This document shows, piece after piece, positions 1 to 9,565 of a stretch of DNA of 64,000 bases. How positions within the stretch are numbered: position 1 is the stretch's first letter; each line of letters starts with the position of its first letter. The position numbers and the translations under genes are program-made. The notes below the pieces were generated by a model that had not been told where the DNA came from, did not search any database, and worked only from the letters and a program-made list of their open reading frames with translations. Source of the stretch: an uncultured delta proteobacterium (GTDB lineage: Bacteria > Desulfobacterota > BSN033 > UBA1163); contig CAVPSJ010000014.1 in NCBI GenBank assembly GCA_963708295.1, positions 192,001 through 256,000 on the forward strand, in the 5' to 3' direction.

Positions 1-411
1 CTCACTTTCTCATGGTGATCATCAATGTATTACATCAATTGATTCCGGGGACTTGCGAAAGAAATAACCGAAGGGGACTCGGAAAAACTCCATTTTACGA
101 ATGCTCAATAGCTGCTATCTATCCTTCGTTTTTAGACCCCGTAAAATGTTTCGATACGATTCTTCTATTGAATCTGGATCCGTGATACCAGTAATCGTCG
201 ACGTCAAGAGTTGCCCAGAGGGAAGACTTCTGAAGCCCTTAGCCATCAAATTAGCCACCCCTTTCTCTTGAGGCGTCTAGAGGGTTCTTATTAATCTTTT
301 GACCCCCATCCTGCTTAGAAAATCTTCCAGAACTTCTCCGACGCCTCTTCTCGCCTTGACACCCATTTTATATTTTGTTATCCGTTGTATGTGAGAAAGG
401 TGAATGAGAGA

Positions 412-2115
412 ATGATGCGTGATCAAGCAGTTTCCGGCGACGCTTCTCCGAATACCGTTTTCAGCAATGCCACCCTTTTCAACGCTTTCACCAGAGAGTT
501 TATCAAAGGCCAATCCCTCTGGGTCAAAGACGGCATCATTGCCTACGTGGGTCGTGCGGCCGAATTTCCCAAGAGTGAGAAGACCGTAACGATCGACGCA
601 GATGGAATGGTCCTTCTTCCCGGATTGATTGATGGCCACACCCACACCTTGAGTCACCGGTACAGTGTCGAGGAATTCATCAAGCACGCGATTCCATCCG
701 GTGTCACAACGGTGATTACAGAAACCATCGAACTTGCGACCATCGCGGGGAAAGATGGCATAGAATATTTTGCAAAAGGGTTGGAAGGACAACCGATCCG
801 ATTGTATTACACGGTCGCGCCTCTCTGCGGTCTCACCCCAACAGAAGAAATCATTGCCCCGACCCTTGAAGAATTTGAGTCCATCCTGAAAGACCCCAAA
901 TGTCTCGGCATCGGCGAGATCTATTGGGGGAACCTTTTCTTAGAGGGAAAACAGGGAGAGCGATTGAAGGAGCTTATTTCGACGGCTCTGGAGATGAAGA
1001 AAGTGGTGGAGGGCCATACCGCAGGTGCAAAAGGACAGAAACTTCAGACCTATGCCAGTTTTGGTATCTCCTCGTGCCATGAGCCCATTACGGAAAAGGA
1101 GGTATTGGAGAGACTTCGGTTGGGTTACTGGATCATGATTCGGGAAGGGGGGATCCGGAAGGAACTGGAGGGAGTCAAGGGAATTTTCAAGAAGAAGATT
1201 GACTTTAGAAGATTGGCCTTGGCAACGGATGGGGTCGATCCCGAGGGATTTTTCACCGAGGGCTATCTTGACGCCTCTCTGAGGAGTTTGCTGAAGTTGG
1301 GGGTTCCGCCGAAGCTGGCTTATCAGATGGTAACCATCAATGTCGCAGAGCATTTCCGCCTTGACCCTCTCCTCGGGTCTCTTTCACCCGGGAGAATGGC
1401 TGATCTTCTAATCATTCCCAGCCCGAATGAATTTTCGCCCCAGCTGGTGATGTGCGACGGCAAGATTATTTTCAAGGATGGCAAATCCCTGGCGGGGCCA
1501 CAAAAGGTCTTTTTTCCGGAAGCCATGTTTAACACGGTAAGAATCAAGGACTACTGTTTTCCTCCTGTCCCCAAAAAAGGGAAGGTCAGGACAATGGAAC
1601 TGGTGACGAGACTGGTTACCCAGGAAAGAATCATCGATCTTGAAGATCCTGAGGAATCGAAAGATGTGGTCATGATCTTCGTCATCAACAGGCTGGGAAC
1701 TGGAAAGGCCTTTATGGGTCTTCTCAAGGGATTCGGCCTTCAACGAGGAGCTTACGGGACGACGACAAGCTGGGATATGCCTGATATGATTGTCGTGGGA
1801 TGTGATACTCAATCGATGGAAACAGTGATCGGAAGACTCGAAGAAATTGGAGGGGGATGTGCTTATGCAATCGGGAAAGAGATCGTTGCAGAATTACCCG
1901 CTCCTCTCTGTGGCGTCATTTCTTTAAAACCGATGGAGACGGTTGGAAGCGAGGTTAAGAAACTGGAAGAATCTCTGAAGAAGAACGGAGTCAAATGGGA
2001 AAAACCTATCCTCACGGTTGACACTTTCGGAACCCCCGCTATTCCAAGCTTAAGAATTACCGATCATGGATACGTCAGGCTAAAAGACCGGGAAATTCTT
2101 TCTCTGGAGATATGA
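412..2115 (+). CDS. Adenine deaminase-like amidohydrolase
   Basis: PGLIDGHTH metal motif, SSCHE, MIREG, G-l-PGRMADL and an Ade C-terminal-like domain. Start placed after AAAGGTGA. Several canonical Ade residues differ. Confidence 0.8.
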   Translation: MMRDQAVSGDASPNTVFSNATLFNAFTREFIKGQSLWVKDGIIAYVGRAAEFPKSEKTVTIDADGMVLLPGLIDGHTHTLSHRYSVEEFIKHAIPSGVTTVITETIELATIAGKDGIEYFAKGLEGQPIRLYYTVAPLCGLTPTEEIIAPTLEEFESILKDPKCLGIGEIYWGNLFLEGKQGERLKELISTALEMKKVVEGHTAGAKGQKLQTYASFGISSCHEPITEKEVLERLRLGYWIMIREGGIRKELEGVKGIFKKKIDFRRLALATDGVDPEGFFTEGYLDASLRSLLKLGVPPKLAYQMVTINVAEHFRLDPLLGSLSPGRMADLLIIPSPNEFSPQLVMCDGKIIFKDGKSLAGPQKVFFPEAMFNTVRIKDYCFPPVPKKGKVRTMELVTRLVTQERIIDLEDPEESKDVVMIFVINRLGTGKAFMGLLKGFGLQRGAYGTTTSWDMPDMIVVGCDTQSMETVIGRLEEIGGGCAYAIGKEIVAELPAPLCGVISLKPMETVGSEVKKLEESLKKNGVKWEKPILTVDTFGTPAIPSLRITDHGYVRLKDREILSLEI

Positions 2116-2449
2116 TGTTTTATTTCATGATCCATTCCAATAGATAAAAAACCTTGACAACCCGATCAATTATTGTTATTTGGAAATTTAGGCGTTAAGA
2201 ACCGAAGAACCGGGCCCACAGGGTGGGGCTCTGAAACCCATTTTCTCTAACCCAAAACCCAGATCGAGAATTCAATAGATTGGACAAAGGCTTTTCTGCC
2301 ATTGGCAAACACGTCTTTTACCTCCCCCATTCCCGTCAACCGCAGGCCCTGGTCCCGACCGAGGGCGGGGCAGGCAAAGGACGGGCTTTCTAACGGGGTA
2401 AACGTTGAAGGCAAAAAGCAAAAAGATGAAAGGAGGTGATCGGGGGGAC

Positions 2450-2512
2450 ATGGAACAGAGTTTTTTTGTAGTTTCATTTAACTCTTTTTCCGATAGAAGG
2501 AGGAGATTATGA
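2450..2512 (+). CDS. Putative leader peptide [20 protein letters not shown] (20 aa)
   Basis: SD AAAGGAGGTGAT at 2429-2440. The stop overlaps the trpB2 start (ATGA). Four TTT Phe codons. Confidence 0.5.
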   Translation: MEQSFFVVSFNSFSDRRRRL

Positions 2513-3906
2513 AGGAGTACAAAGTTTTTCTTAGAGAGGATGAGATTCCGAAGCAATGGTACAATATCCAGGCAGACTTACCCAGCCCCCTGCAGCCGCC
2601 CCTCCACCCGGCAACAAAACAACCGATCGGTCCTCAAGACCTTGCCCCCGTTTTCCCCATGAATCTCATCGAGCAGGAGGTCAACACCAAGGATCGGTGG
2701 ATTGATATCCCCCAAGAGGTGATGGAAAAACTCCTCATCTGGAGGCCTACTCCTCTCCGTCGGGCTCATGGATTAGAAAAAGCCCTGGGAACACCCGCCA
2801 GGATTTATTACAAGGATGAAGGGGTGAGCCCTCCAGGAAGCCATAAGCCGAACACAGCCGTTGCACAGGCTTATTACAACAAGGTTTTTGGGATTAAACG
2901 GATTGCGACAGAAACCGGTGCAGGGCAATGGGGAAGCGCCCTTAGTTTTGCTTGCGGTCTCTTCGGCCTGGAGTGTAAGGTCTATATGGTCAGGATCAGT
3001 TATGACCAAAAACCTTATCGCCGCTTGATGATGAATACCTGGGGAGCCAACTGTGTTCCCAGTCCGAGCAAAGACACCAATGTGGGGAGAAAGATTCTGG
3101 AGGCGAACCCGGATTCTCCCGGAAGTCTCGGAATTGCCATCAGCGAGGCTGTTGAAGACGCGGTCACGTCAAAGGACACCCGATACTCCCTGGGAAGCGT
3201 TTTGAACCATGTCCTCATGCATCAAACCATCATCGGTCTTGAGGCGAAGAAGCAGTTGGAGAAATTTGGGGAGAAGAAAGTCGATATCGTCACCGGGTGT
3301 GCGGGCGGGGGAAGCAACTTTGGTGGCCTTGCCTTTCCTTTTGTCCTGGATAAGATCAATGGTGCCAAGATTACCATTATTCCCGCGGAACCCACTTCTT
3401 GCCCCACCATGACCCGGGCGCCGTTTGTCTATGACTTTGGGGATAACGTAGGAATGGCACCCATGGTTCCGATGCACAGTCTCGGACATTCCTTTATCCC
3501 GGCACCCATCCATGCGGGAGGACTTCGCTATCATGGGATGGCTCCCCTCGTCAGCCAATTGATCGTTGACGAACTCTTGGAGCCTCGGGCTTATAATCAA
3601 CTCGAGTGCTATGCCAATGCGGTCCTCTGGGCGAGGACCGAAGGGTTCATCCCCGCACCTGAGACCAGTCATGGTATCTCTGTCGTAGTTGAAGAAGCGA
3701 AGAAGGCGAAGCAAGAGGGAAAGGAAAAAGTCATCCTTCTCAACTGGAGCGGCCATGGCATCATGGACCTCGGTGGTTATGAATCTTATTTCAGCGGAAG
3801 GCTCGTTGACTACCCGCTACCACAGGAAGAGATGATGAAATCCCTGAAGGATATTGAAGGATGGCCGAAACCCAAGATTATGAAAATGGGTAAAGTCGTT
3901 GGATAA
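2509..3906 (+). CDS. trpB2: TrpB2, tryptophan synthase beta-like PLP enzyme
   Basis: [14 protein letters not shown] lysine, [25 protein letters not shown]. Confidence 0.95.
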   Translation: MKEYKVFLREDEIPKQWYNIQADLPSPLQPPLHPATKQPIGPQDLAPVFPMNLIEQEVNTKDRWIDIPQEVMEKLLIWRPTPLRRAHGLEKALGTPARIYYKDEGVSPPGSHKPNTAVAQAYYNKVFGIKRIATETGAGQWGSALSFACGLFGLECKVYMVRISYDQKPYRRLMMNTWGANCVPSPSKDTNVGRKILEANPDSPGSLGIAISEAVEDAVTSKDTRYSLGSVLNHVLMHQTIIGLEAKKQLEKFGEKKVDIVTGCAGGGSNFGGLAFPFVLDKINGAKITIIPAEPTSCPTMTRAPFVYDFGDNVGMAPMVPMHSLGHSFIPAPIHAGGLRYHGMAPLVSQLIVDELLEPRAYNQLECYANAVLWARTEGFIPAPETSHGISVVVEEAKKAKQEGKEKVILLNWSGHGIMDLGGYESYFSGRLVDYPLPQEEMMKSLKDIEGWPKPKIMKMGKVVG

Positions 3907-3918
3907 GTGAGTGATGGG

Positions 3919-3953
3919 ATCCTACGGGCCTTTCGGGGCCCGTAGGATTTTTT
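3919..3953 (+). terminator. Intrinsic terminator after trpB2
   Basis: ATCCTACGGGCC/GGCCCGTAGGAT 12-bp stem followed by a T-run. Confidence 0.9.
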
Positions 3954-4065
3954 ATTAAATTCGCATCTGAAAACCCCTCCCTGTGCCTGCCTGCCGGTAG
4001 ACAGGGACGGGGGTTCTCTACTGAACGAGCTTGTACCCAATTCCTTAAAGCCTGCCGGAACACCG

Positions 4066-4335
4066 ATGATTGAAGAACATGATGCCCTGATCATCCGTTG
4101 CCCTCAGCTGGGTGGCGAGATTCCCTTCCGATATTGTCGAACCGTTAATGAACACCTGCCATGCCGGAGAATAATGGTCTGCTGGGAGTTTCGAATGGAG
4201 ATATCAAAATTCATAGGGGAACATTATTCCGTTGATCAAGTCCAATGCGCCTTGACACCTCCGACCAAGACAAGGCTTGATACCATTCTCGAACTCATCG
4301 AAAAGGCCAAGAAGATCAAAGAAGAAGGAGAGTGA
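4066..4335 (+). CDS. Small Cys-containing hypothetical protein
   Basis: 89 aa with RCPQLGG..YCR..LPCRRIMVCW; abuts the next gene. Confidence 0.75.
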   Translation: MIEEHDALIIRCPQLGGEIPFRYCRTVNEHLPCRRIMVCWEFRMEISKFIGEHYSVDQVQCALTPPTKTRLDTILELIEKAKKIKEEGE

Positions 4336-4339
4336 CAGG

Positions 4340-5434
4340 ATGCTGATCTCTGATCGATTAAGAAATATTAAGCCCTCGGGGGTGAGGCGAATCTTTGATT
4401 TGGCACGCCGGATGAAAGATCCGATCAATCTGAGCATCGGCGAACCCGATTTTGATATCCCGGAACCTCTTAAAGAGGAAGGCATTAAATGGATCAAAAA
4501 GGGGTTCAACAAATATACTCCCACCCAGGGCATCCCTGAATTGAGGGAAAAAATCGCCTCCCATTTAAAGAAGAAGGGGATCCATTTCGAGGAGGTCATG
4601 GTGACAGCGGGCGTGACCGGCGGTCTTCTCCTGGCCAGCCTTGCCCTGATCAACCCGGGGGATGAAGTCATCATCCCCGATCCGTTTTTTGTGATGTATG
4701 AGTATCAGGTTCTTCTTATGGGAGGGGTCCCTGTCTTCGTCGATACCTATCCTGATTTCCGACTGAAGGAGGAAGAATTCATCAAGAAATTATCGAAGAA
4801 GACGAAGTTCATTATCATCAACAGCCCGAATAACCCCACGGGGGCGATCTTTCCAAAGGAAGATCTGATGGGGGTGGTCCGGACCGCCCGGGAAAGAAAT
4901 CTTTTAATTCTCTCCGATGACATCTACGATAACTTTGTTTTCGACGCCCCTTCGTGCCCCTGTATCGGACAATTCTATGAGAACACGTTAACGTTGGGCG
5001 GATTCTCAAAGGGTTGGGGGATGACCGGTTGGAGACTGGGTTATGCGGCCGGCCCTAAGGAGATCCTCCAGCAGATGATCACCCTTCAGCAATATACATT
5101 CTCCAGTGTCAACTCCTTTGCTCAGAAAGCAGCGATCAAGGCCCTGGACTTCAATGTGGAGGATTACATTAAAGGCTATAAAAAGAAAAGAGATTTGATC
5201 TACCATGGGCTCAAAGAAAAGTTTAATGTCGAAAAGCCACAAGGCGCTTTTTATATCTTTCCGGAGGTCCCGGGAGGAAACGGAGAGGCCTTTGTAGAAA
5301 AAGCCATCGAACAGAATCTCTTTATTGTGCCGGGTAGCGTTTTTTCCAAGAGAAATACCCACGTCAGGATCTCATTTGCAGCATCGGATGAAACCCTTCA
5401 AAAAGGCATTGAGACCCTTAATCGAATCAGCTAA
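4340..5434 (+). CDS. Class I/II PLP aminotransferase (AspC-like)
   Basis: LSIGEPDF, NSPNNPTG, SDDIY, FSKGWGMTGWRLGY. Confidence 0.93.
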   Translation: MLISDRLRNIKPSGVRRIFDLARRMKDPINLSIGEPDFDIPEPLKEEGIKWIKKGFNKYTPTQGIPELREKIASHLKKKGIHFEEVMVTAGVTGGLLLASLALINPGDEVIIPDPFFVMYEYQVLLMGGVPVFVDTYPDFRLKEEEFIKKLSKKTKFIIINSPNNPTGAIFPKEDLMGVVRTARERNLLILSDDIYDNFVFDAPSCPCIGQFYENTLTLGGFSKGWGMTGWRLGYAAGPKEILQQMITLQQYTFSSVNSFAQKAAIKALDFNVEDYIKGYKKKRDLIYHGLKEKFNVEKPQGAFYIFPEVPGGNGEAFVEKAIEQNLFIVPGSVFSKRNTHVRISFAASDETLQKGIETLNRIS

Positions 5435-5460
5435 AATTAAGGCAATAGATAAAATTCAGG

Positions 5461-5689
5461 TTTACCGCGGAGGCGCAGAGAACGCAAAGCATGTTTTGAT
5501 GAACCAATCCCGCGAGATGCGGTATTGGTTCATCAACGCTTCCCCTTCGGGACCAGGCCTCATCTATGTTTCAAGGCTATAGCGCTGCAAGAATGTAGTT
5601 TGACTTAGGAGCAGACTTTTTATTTGGCGGCTCCTCACCGTCAAATAGAAAAATCACTCCTCCGCGTTCTCGGCGGCTCTGCGGTGAGA
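5461..5689. repeat. MITE-like element with 9-nt-periodic terminal inverted repeats (copy 1)
   Basis: ACCGCGGAGGCGCAGAGAACGCAAAG ... CTCCGCGTTCTCGGCGGCTCTGCGGT. Internal hairpins are shared with 36581-36812. Confidence 0.75.
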
Positions 5690-5717
5690 TTTCTGAGAAA
5701 GCGGAATAGAGGGATAG

Positions 5718-6257
5718 ATGCCAATCGATTTGCAGGCAGTGTGCGAAATCATTGAAAGGCACGGCTATCAAAAGGCTTCCCTGATCGGAATCCTCCAGGA
5801 TATTCAGGGGGAAATGAGCTACCTTCCTCGAAAGGCATTGGTTCAGGTAGGGAAAAGCCTCGATATTCCCCTGACTCACATTTACGAAGTTGCGACTTTC
5901 TATAAGGCCTTCAGTCTCGAGCCCAGGGGAAAACATACCATCCAGGTATGCCTGGGAACAGCCTGCCACGTCCGAGGAGGGTCCAGAGTTCTCGACTATC
6001 TTGAGAATCGACTGAAGGTAAAACCGGGAGGAACCACAAAAGACCTATCCTTTACCTTGGAAAGTGTCAACTGTCTGGGGGCCTGCGCGTTGGGACCCAT
6101 GATGGTGATTGATAAGAAATATTACGGAAAAATCAACACGAATAAGATTGAATCCATTCTGGAAAAATATCAGTCTCGAAATGAATCACCGCATCCAAAG
6201 TATCTCCGATCTTCGGAAGCTCCGCCAGTCCTTGAAAAAGTTAAGAGACAGGAATAG
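5718..6257 (+). CDS. NuoE/HydC-like [2Fe-2S] subunit
   Basis: [26 protein letters not shown]. Confidence 0.93.
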   Translation: MPIDLQAVCEIIERHGYQKASLIGILQDIQGEMSYLPRKALVQVGKSLDIPLTHIYEVATFYKAFSLEPRGKHTIQVCLGTACHVRGGSRVLDYLENRLKVKPGGTTKDLSFTLESVNCLGACALGPMMVIDKKYYGKINTNKIESILEKYQSRNESPHPKYLRSSEAPPVLEKVKRQE

Positions 6258-8036
6258 GCCGTCCGTCACAATCTGCGCAGGAACGGGCTGTCAGGCAACG
6301 GGTGCTTTAGAAGTGGTGGAGAAATTCAAACAAGAAATCTTAAGCCGGCATCTGGAGGAGAAAATTGATGTTCGCGCCAGCGGATGCCACGGTTTTTGCG
6401 AGCGAGGGCCCCTGGTGGTCATCCGGCCTGAGAAGATCTGCTACATGAATGTAGAGGCGACGGACGCGTCTCAGATTCTTGCGGACACGGTTCTCGATGG
6501 GAAAGTGATCGACCGCCTTCTCTACCAGGACCCCTTGACGAAGGAAAAGATCATTCACGAAGAGGAAATCCCATTTTACAAATTTCAGCAGAGGGTCGTT
6601 TTCGGGAGCAACGGAGAGATCGATCCAACTCGGATCGATGACTATATTGCGTTGGGCGGTTACCAGGGGTTGGAAAAGGTCTTATCCGAAAAAACCCCGG
6701 AAGAGGTTATTGAAACCATCAAACAATCCGGTCTGAGAGGCCGGGGGGGTGGAGGTTTTCCAACCGGCGCAAAATGGGAGTCTTGTCGAAAAGCACGGGG
6801 GAAGGAAAAGTTTGTCATCTGTAACGCCGATGAAGGAGACCCCGGCGCTTATATGGATCGGTCCCTGCTGGAGGGGAACCCGCACCGTGTGATTGAAGGA
6901 ATGCTCATCGGAGCTTATGCCATTGGTTCCGGGGAAGGGTACGTTTATGTGCGCAATGAGTATCCCCTCGCTGTTGCAAATCTCAGCCGCGCTATCGACC
7001 AGGCGAAGGATTACGGTCTGCTCGGAAAGAATATTCTGGGGTCGGGATTTACATTCGTCCTCAAGATCAGCCGCGGGGGAGGGGCCTTCGTGTGCGGCGA
7101 GTCAACCGCCCTCATGGCTTCTCTGGAGGGAAAAGTCGGAGAGCCTCGGGCCAAATATATTCACACCGTCGAGCACGGCCTCTGGGATCAACCCAGCAAC
7201 CTGAATAATGTTGAGACATGGGCCAATGTCCCCATCATCATCAACCGGGGTGTTGATTGGTATACCTCCATCGGGACAGAAGGGTCAAAGGGAACGAAGA
7301 TTTTCTCGCTGGTCGGAAAGATTAACAATACCGGTCTTGTCGAGGTCCCGATGGGAATCACGTTGCGCCAGATCGTTTACGATATCGGCGGTGGCATTCC
7401 GGGAAGCAAGCGCTTCAAGGCCATCCAGACAGGGGGGCCCTCCGGCGGCTGTATTCCGGAGACGCTTCTTGACCTTCCCATCGATTTCGATCGACTTCAG
7501 GATGCCGGATCCATGATGGGTTCGGGCGGCATGATCGTCATGGATGAAGACAATTGTATGGTGGACATGGCTCGATATTTTGTTGGGTTTCTTCAGGAGG
7601 AATCGTGCGGCAAATGTGTTCCCTGCCGGGAGGGACTTCAACAGATGGGCGAGATCCTTAACCGGATCTGCGAAGGGAACGGGGGGAGGGAGACATTCAA
7701 CTTCTGCAAAACCTCTCTCAGGTGATGGTTGACACATCGCTTTGCGGCCTCGGACTAACAGCACCCAACCCTGTCTTGTCAACCGTCCGATATTTCAGAG
7801 AGGAATACGAAGCCCATATTAGAGATAGAAAGTGCCCGGCCAAATACTGTAAAGGGCTTATCTCTCTTTCCATCGACCCTGAAAAGTGCACCGGCTGCGG
7901 AGCTTGTTTGAAGGTTTGTCCTGTGGATGCGATTGCCGGTGAGAAAAAGAAACCTCATCAGCTCGATGGAGATAAATGCGTAAAGTGCCGGGCCTGCTAC
8001 GAGGCCTGTATGTTTGATGCAGTACTAATTCAATAA
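6181..8036 (+). CDS. NuoF/HydB-like FMN/NADH-binding subunit (one frameshift near 7681-7690)
   Basis: N-terminal 2Fe-2S domain, [38 protein letters not shown]. The C-terminal 2x[4Fe-4S] part continues in ORF 7722-8036; the shift is in a G-run. Confidence 0.9.
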
Positions 8037-8148
8037 CGATAGAGGTTGGAGGAGCATCCCGCTTCGCGGGATTTGAGGATAGAGGTTAATAATGTTTTGC
8101 CTCAAGCCTCAAGCGAAGCGCTCCTCGAACATCATTTGTGGTTCCGTT

Positions 8149-9465
8149 ATGATCACTTTAACCATTAACGGCAAAAAAGTAAGAGCCAAAAAAGATACGA
8201 CCCTTTTGGAAATCTGCCGGAAGATGTCCATCTCGATTCCGACGCTCTGTTATCATCCGGATCTCGGACCTCATGGTTCCTGCCGGTTTTGCACCGTGGA
8301 AGTATTCGAAAATGGAAAGGCCCGAATGGTGACCTCCTGCAATTATCCAGCTCGGGAGGGGATCAAAGTGGAAACTCATTCTGACAAGGTCATTCAGGCA
8401 CGACGAGTTCTGGTCGAGCTTCTCCTGGCACGATGTCCTCAGGTTCCCTTCGTTCAGAATTTCGCCCGGAAACTGGGTGTTGAAAAAACTCCCTTCAAGA
8501 CTGAAAATCCGGAAAACGATTGCATCCTTTGCGGTCTTTGTGTTCGCACCTGCCATGAAATCGTGGGGGCCAATGCCATCGGGTTTTCCAACAGAGGAAC
8601 TCAGAAAAAGATTGGGACACCTTTTGAGATCGATTCCGAACAGTGTCTGGCCTGCGGGGCCTGTGAATATATCTGCCCCACCGGAGCCGTTAAAATGGAG
8701 ATGAACCGGATCAGGAAAATCAAGCGATCCGACACCGGGACGCTGCGGTATTGCCGGTATATGCGCCTCGGATTACTCGATTTTATGGTCTGTTCGAACG
8801 GCTTCGAATGCTGGCGTTGCGAGGTGGACCAGGGGATGGAAGACCGGTTTGGAACCCACCCCGCCTTTGCCGTAAAACCAGCGAAAGACAAGCACCCTTT
8901 GCAGGTGAATGGATTTACCTTCTACCCCGAACTTTTTTACAGCGAAGAACATCTCTGGGCCAGACCCATGGACCGGAATATCAAGGTAGGACTCAACGAC
9001 CTAGTTTGCACCTTTGCCATGGAAGCAGATTCCATCCGCCTTCCTCCAGCGGGCACCGTTCTGAAGAAGAGACAGGTCCTTGCGGAAATTACGGCAACGG
9101 GGAAAAAGGCAAGAGTCCGTTCTCCTTTTACGGGAACGATTTCTGTCATCAACCACGACGTGGAAGAATCTCCGAACCTGGCCTGGAGGGATCCCTATGG
9201 CCGGGGATGGCTGCTCATCTTGCATCCTGATCCTCCGGATCAGATTTTGCAGCTTTATTCGGGTGAACCCGCAAAGACCTGGTTTACAAAACAGGCCACG
9301 AATTTGGCCACGCTTTTTATAAAATGGGCTCCCAAGCCCTCTAAAAAAGAGTCCCAGGATGGGCAGTTGATTCGAAAGATCGTCCGTGATCGCTGGGATC
9401 AGCTGACCGAGATCCTGCTGCATTCCAACGTGAAAAAAAGAGATGCTGAAAGAAGTTCAGGTTGA
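8149..9465 (+). CDS. NuoG/HydA-N-like FeS protein fused to a Cys-rich motif and a GcvH-like domain
   Basis: IPTLC..GSCRFC..SC (2Fe-2S), CILCGLCVRTC and CLACGACEYICP, CRYMRLG..CSNGFECWRCEVDQ, then YSEEHLW..VGL..SPFTG..DPYGRGWL. Confidence 0.85.
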   Translation: MITLTINGKKVRAKKDTTLLEICRKMSISIPTLCYHPDLGPHGSCRFCTVEVFENGKARMVTSCNYPAREGIKVETHSDKVIQARRVLVELLLARCPQVPFVQNFARKLGVEKTPFKTENPENDCILCGLCVRTCHEIVGANAIGFSNRGTQKKIGTPFEIDSEQCLACGACEYICPTGAVKMEMNRIRKIKRSDTGTLRYCRYMRLGLLDFMVCSNGFECWRCEVDQGMEDRFGTHPAFAVKPAKDKHPLQVNGFTFYPELFYSEEHLWARPMDRNIKVGLNDLVCTFAMEADSIRLPPAGTVLKKRQVLAEITATGKKARVRSPFTGTISVINHDVEESPNLAWRDPYGRGWLLILHPDPPDQILQLYSGEPAKTWFTKQATNLATLFIKWAPKPSKKESQDGQLIRKIVRDRWDQLTEILLHSNVKKRDAERSSG

Positions 9466-9565
9466 CAAGTAGGGCGAGAAGTATCATTCATACCTTGGTT
9501 GTCATCCCGAACTCGTTTCGGGATCTGGATTTGCAGTGTGAGGGACCCTTAAGAAGGGATTAGTC

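Noticed and set aside
115-246. 43-aa minus-strand ORF near the window start
   Set aside because: No recognisable motif and the context is truncated by the window edge.
7681-7725. TGA ending the first NuoF ORF as possible selenocysteine
   Set aside because: The homologous continuation is in another frame after a G-run, and the intact paralogue shows this is an indel.
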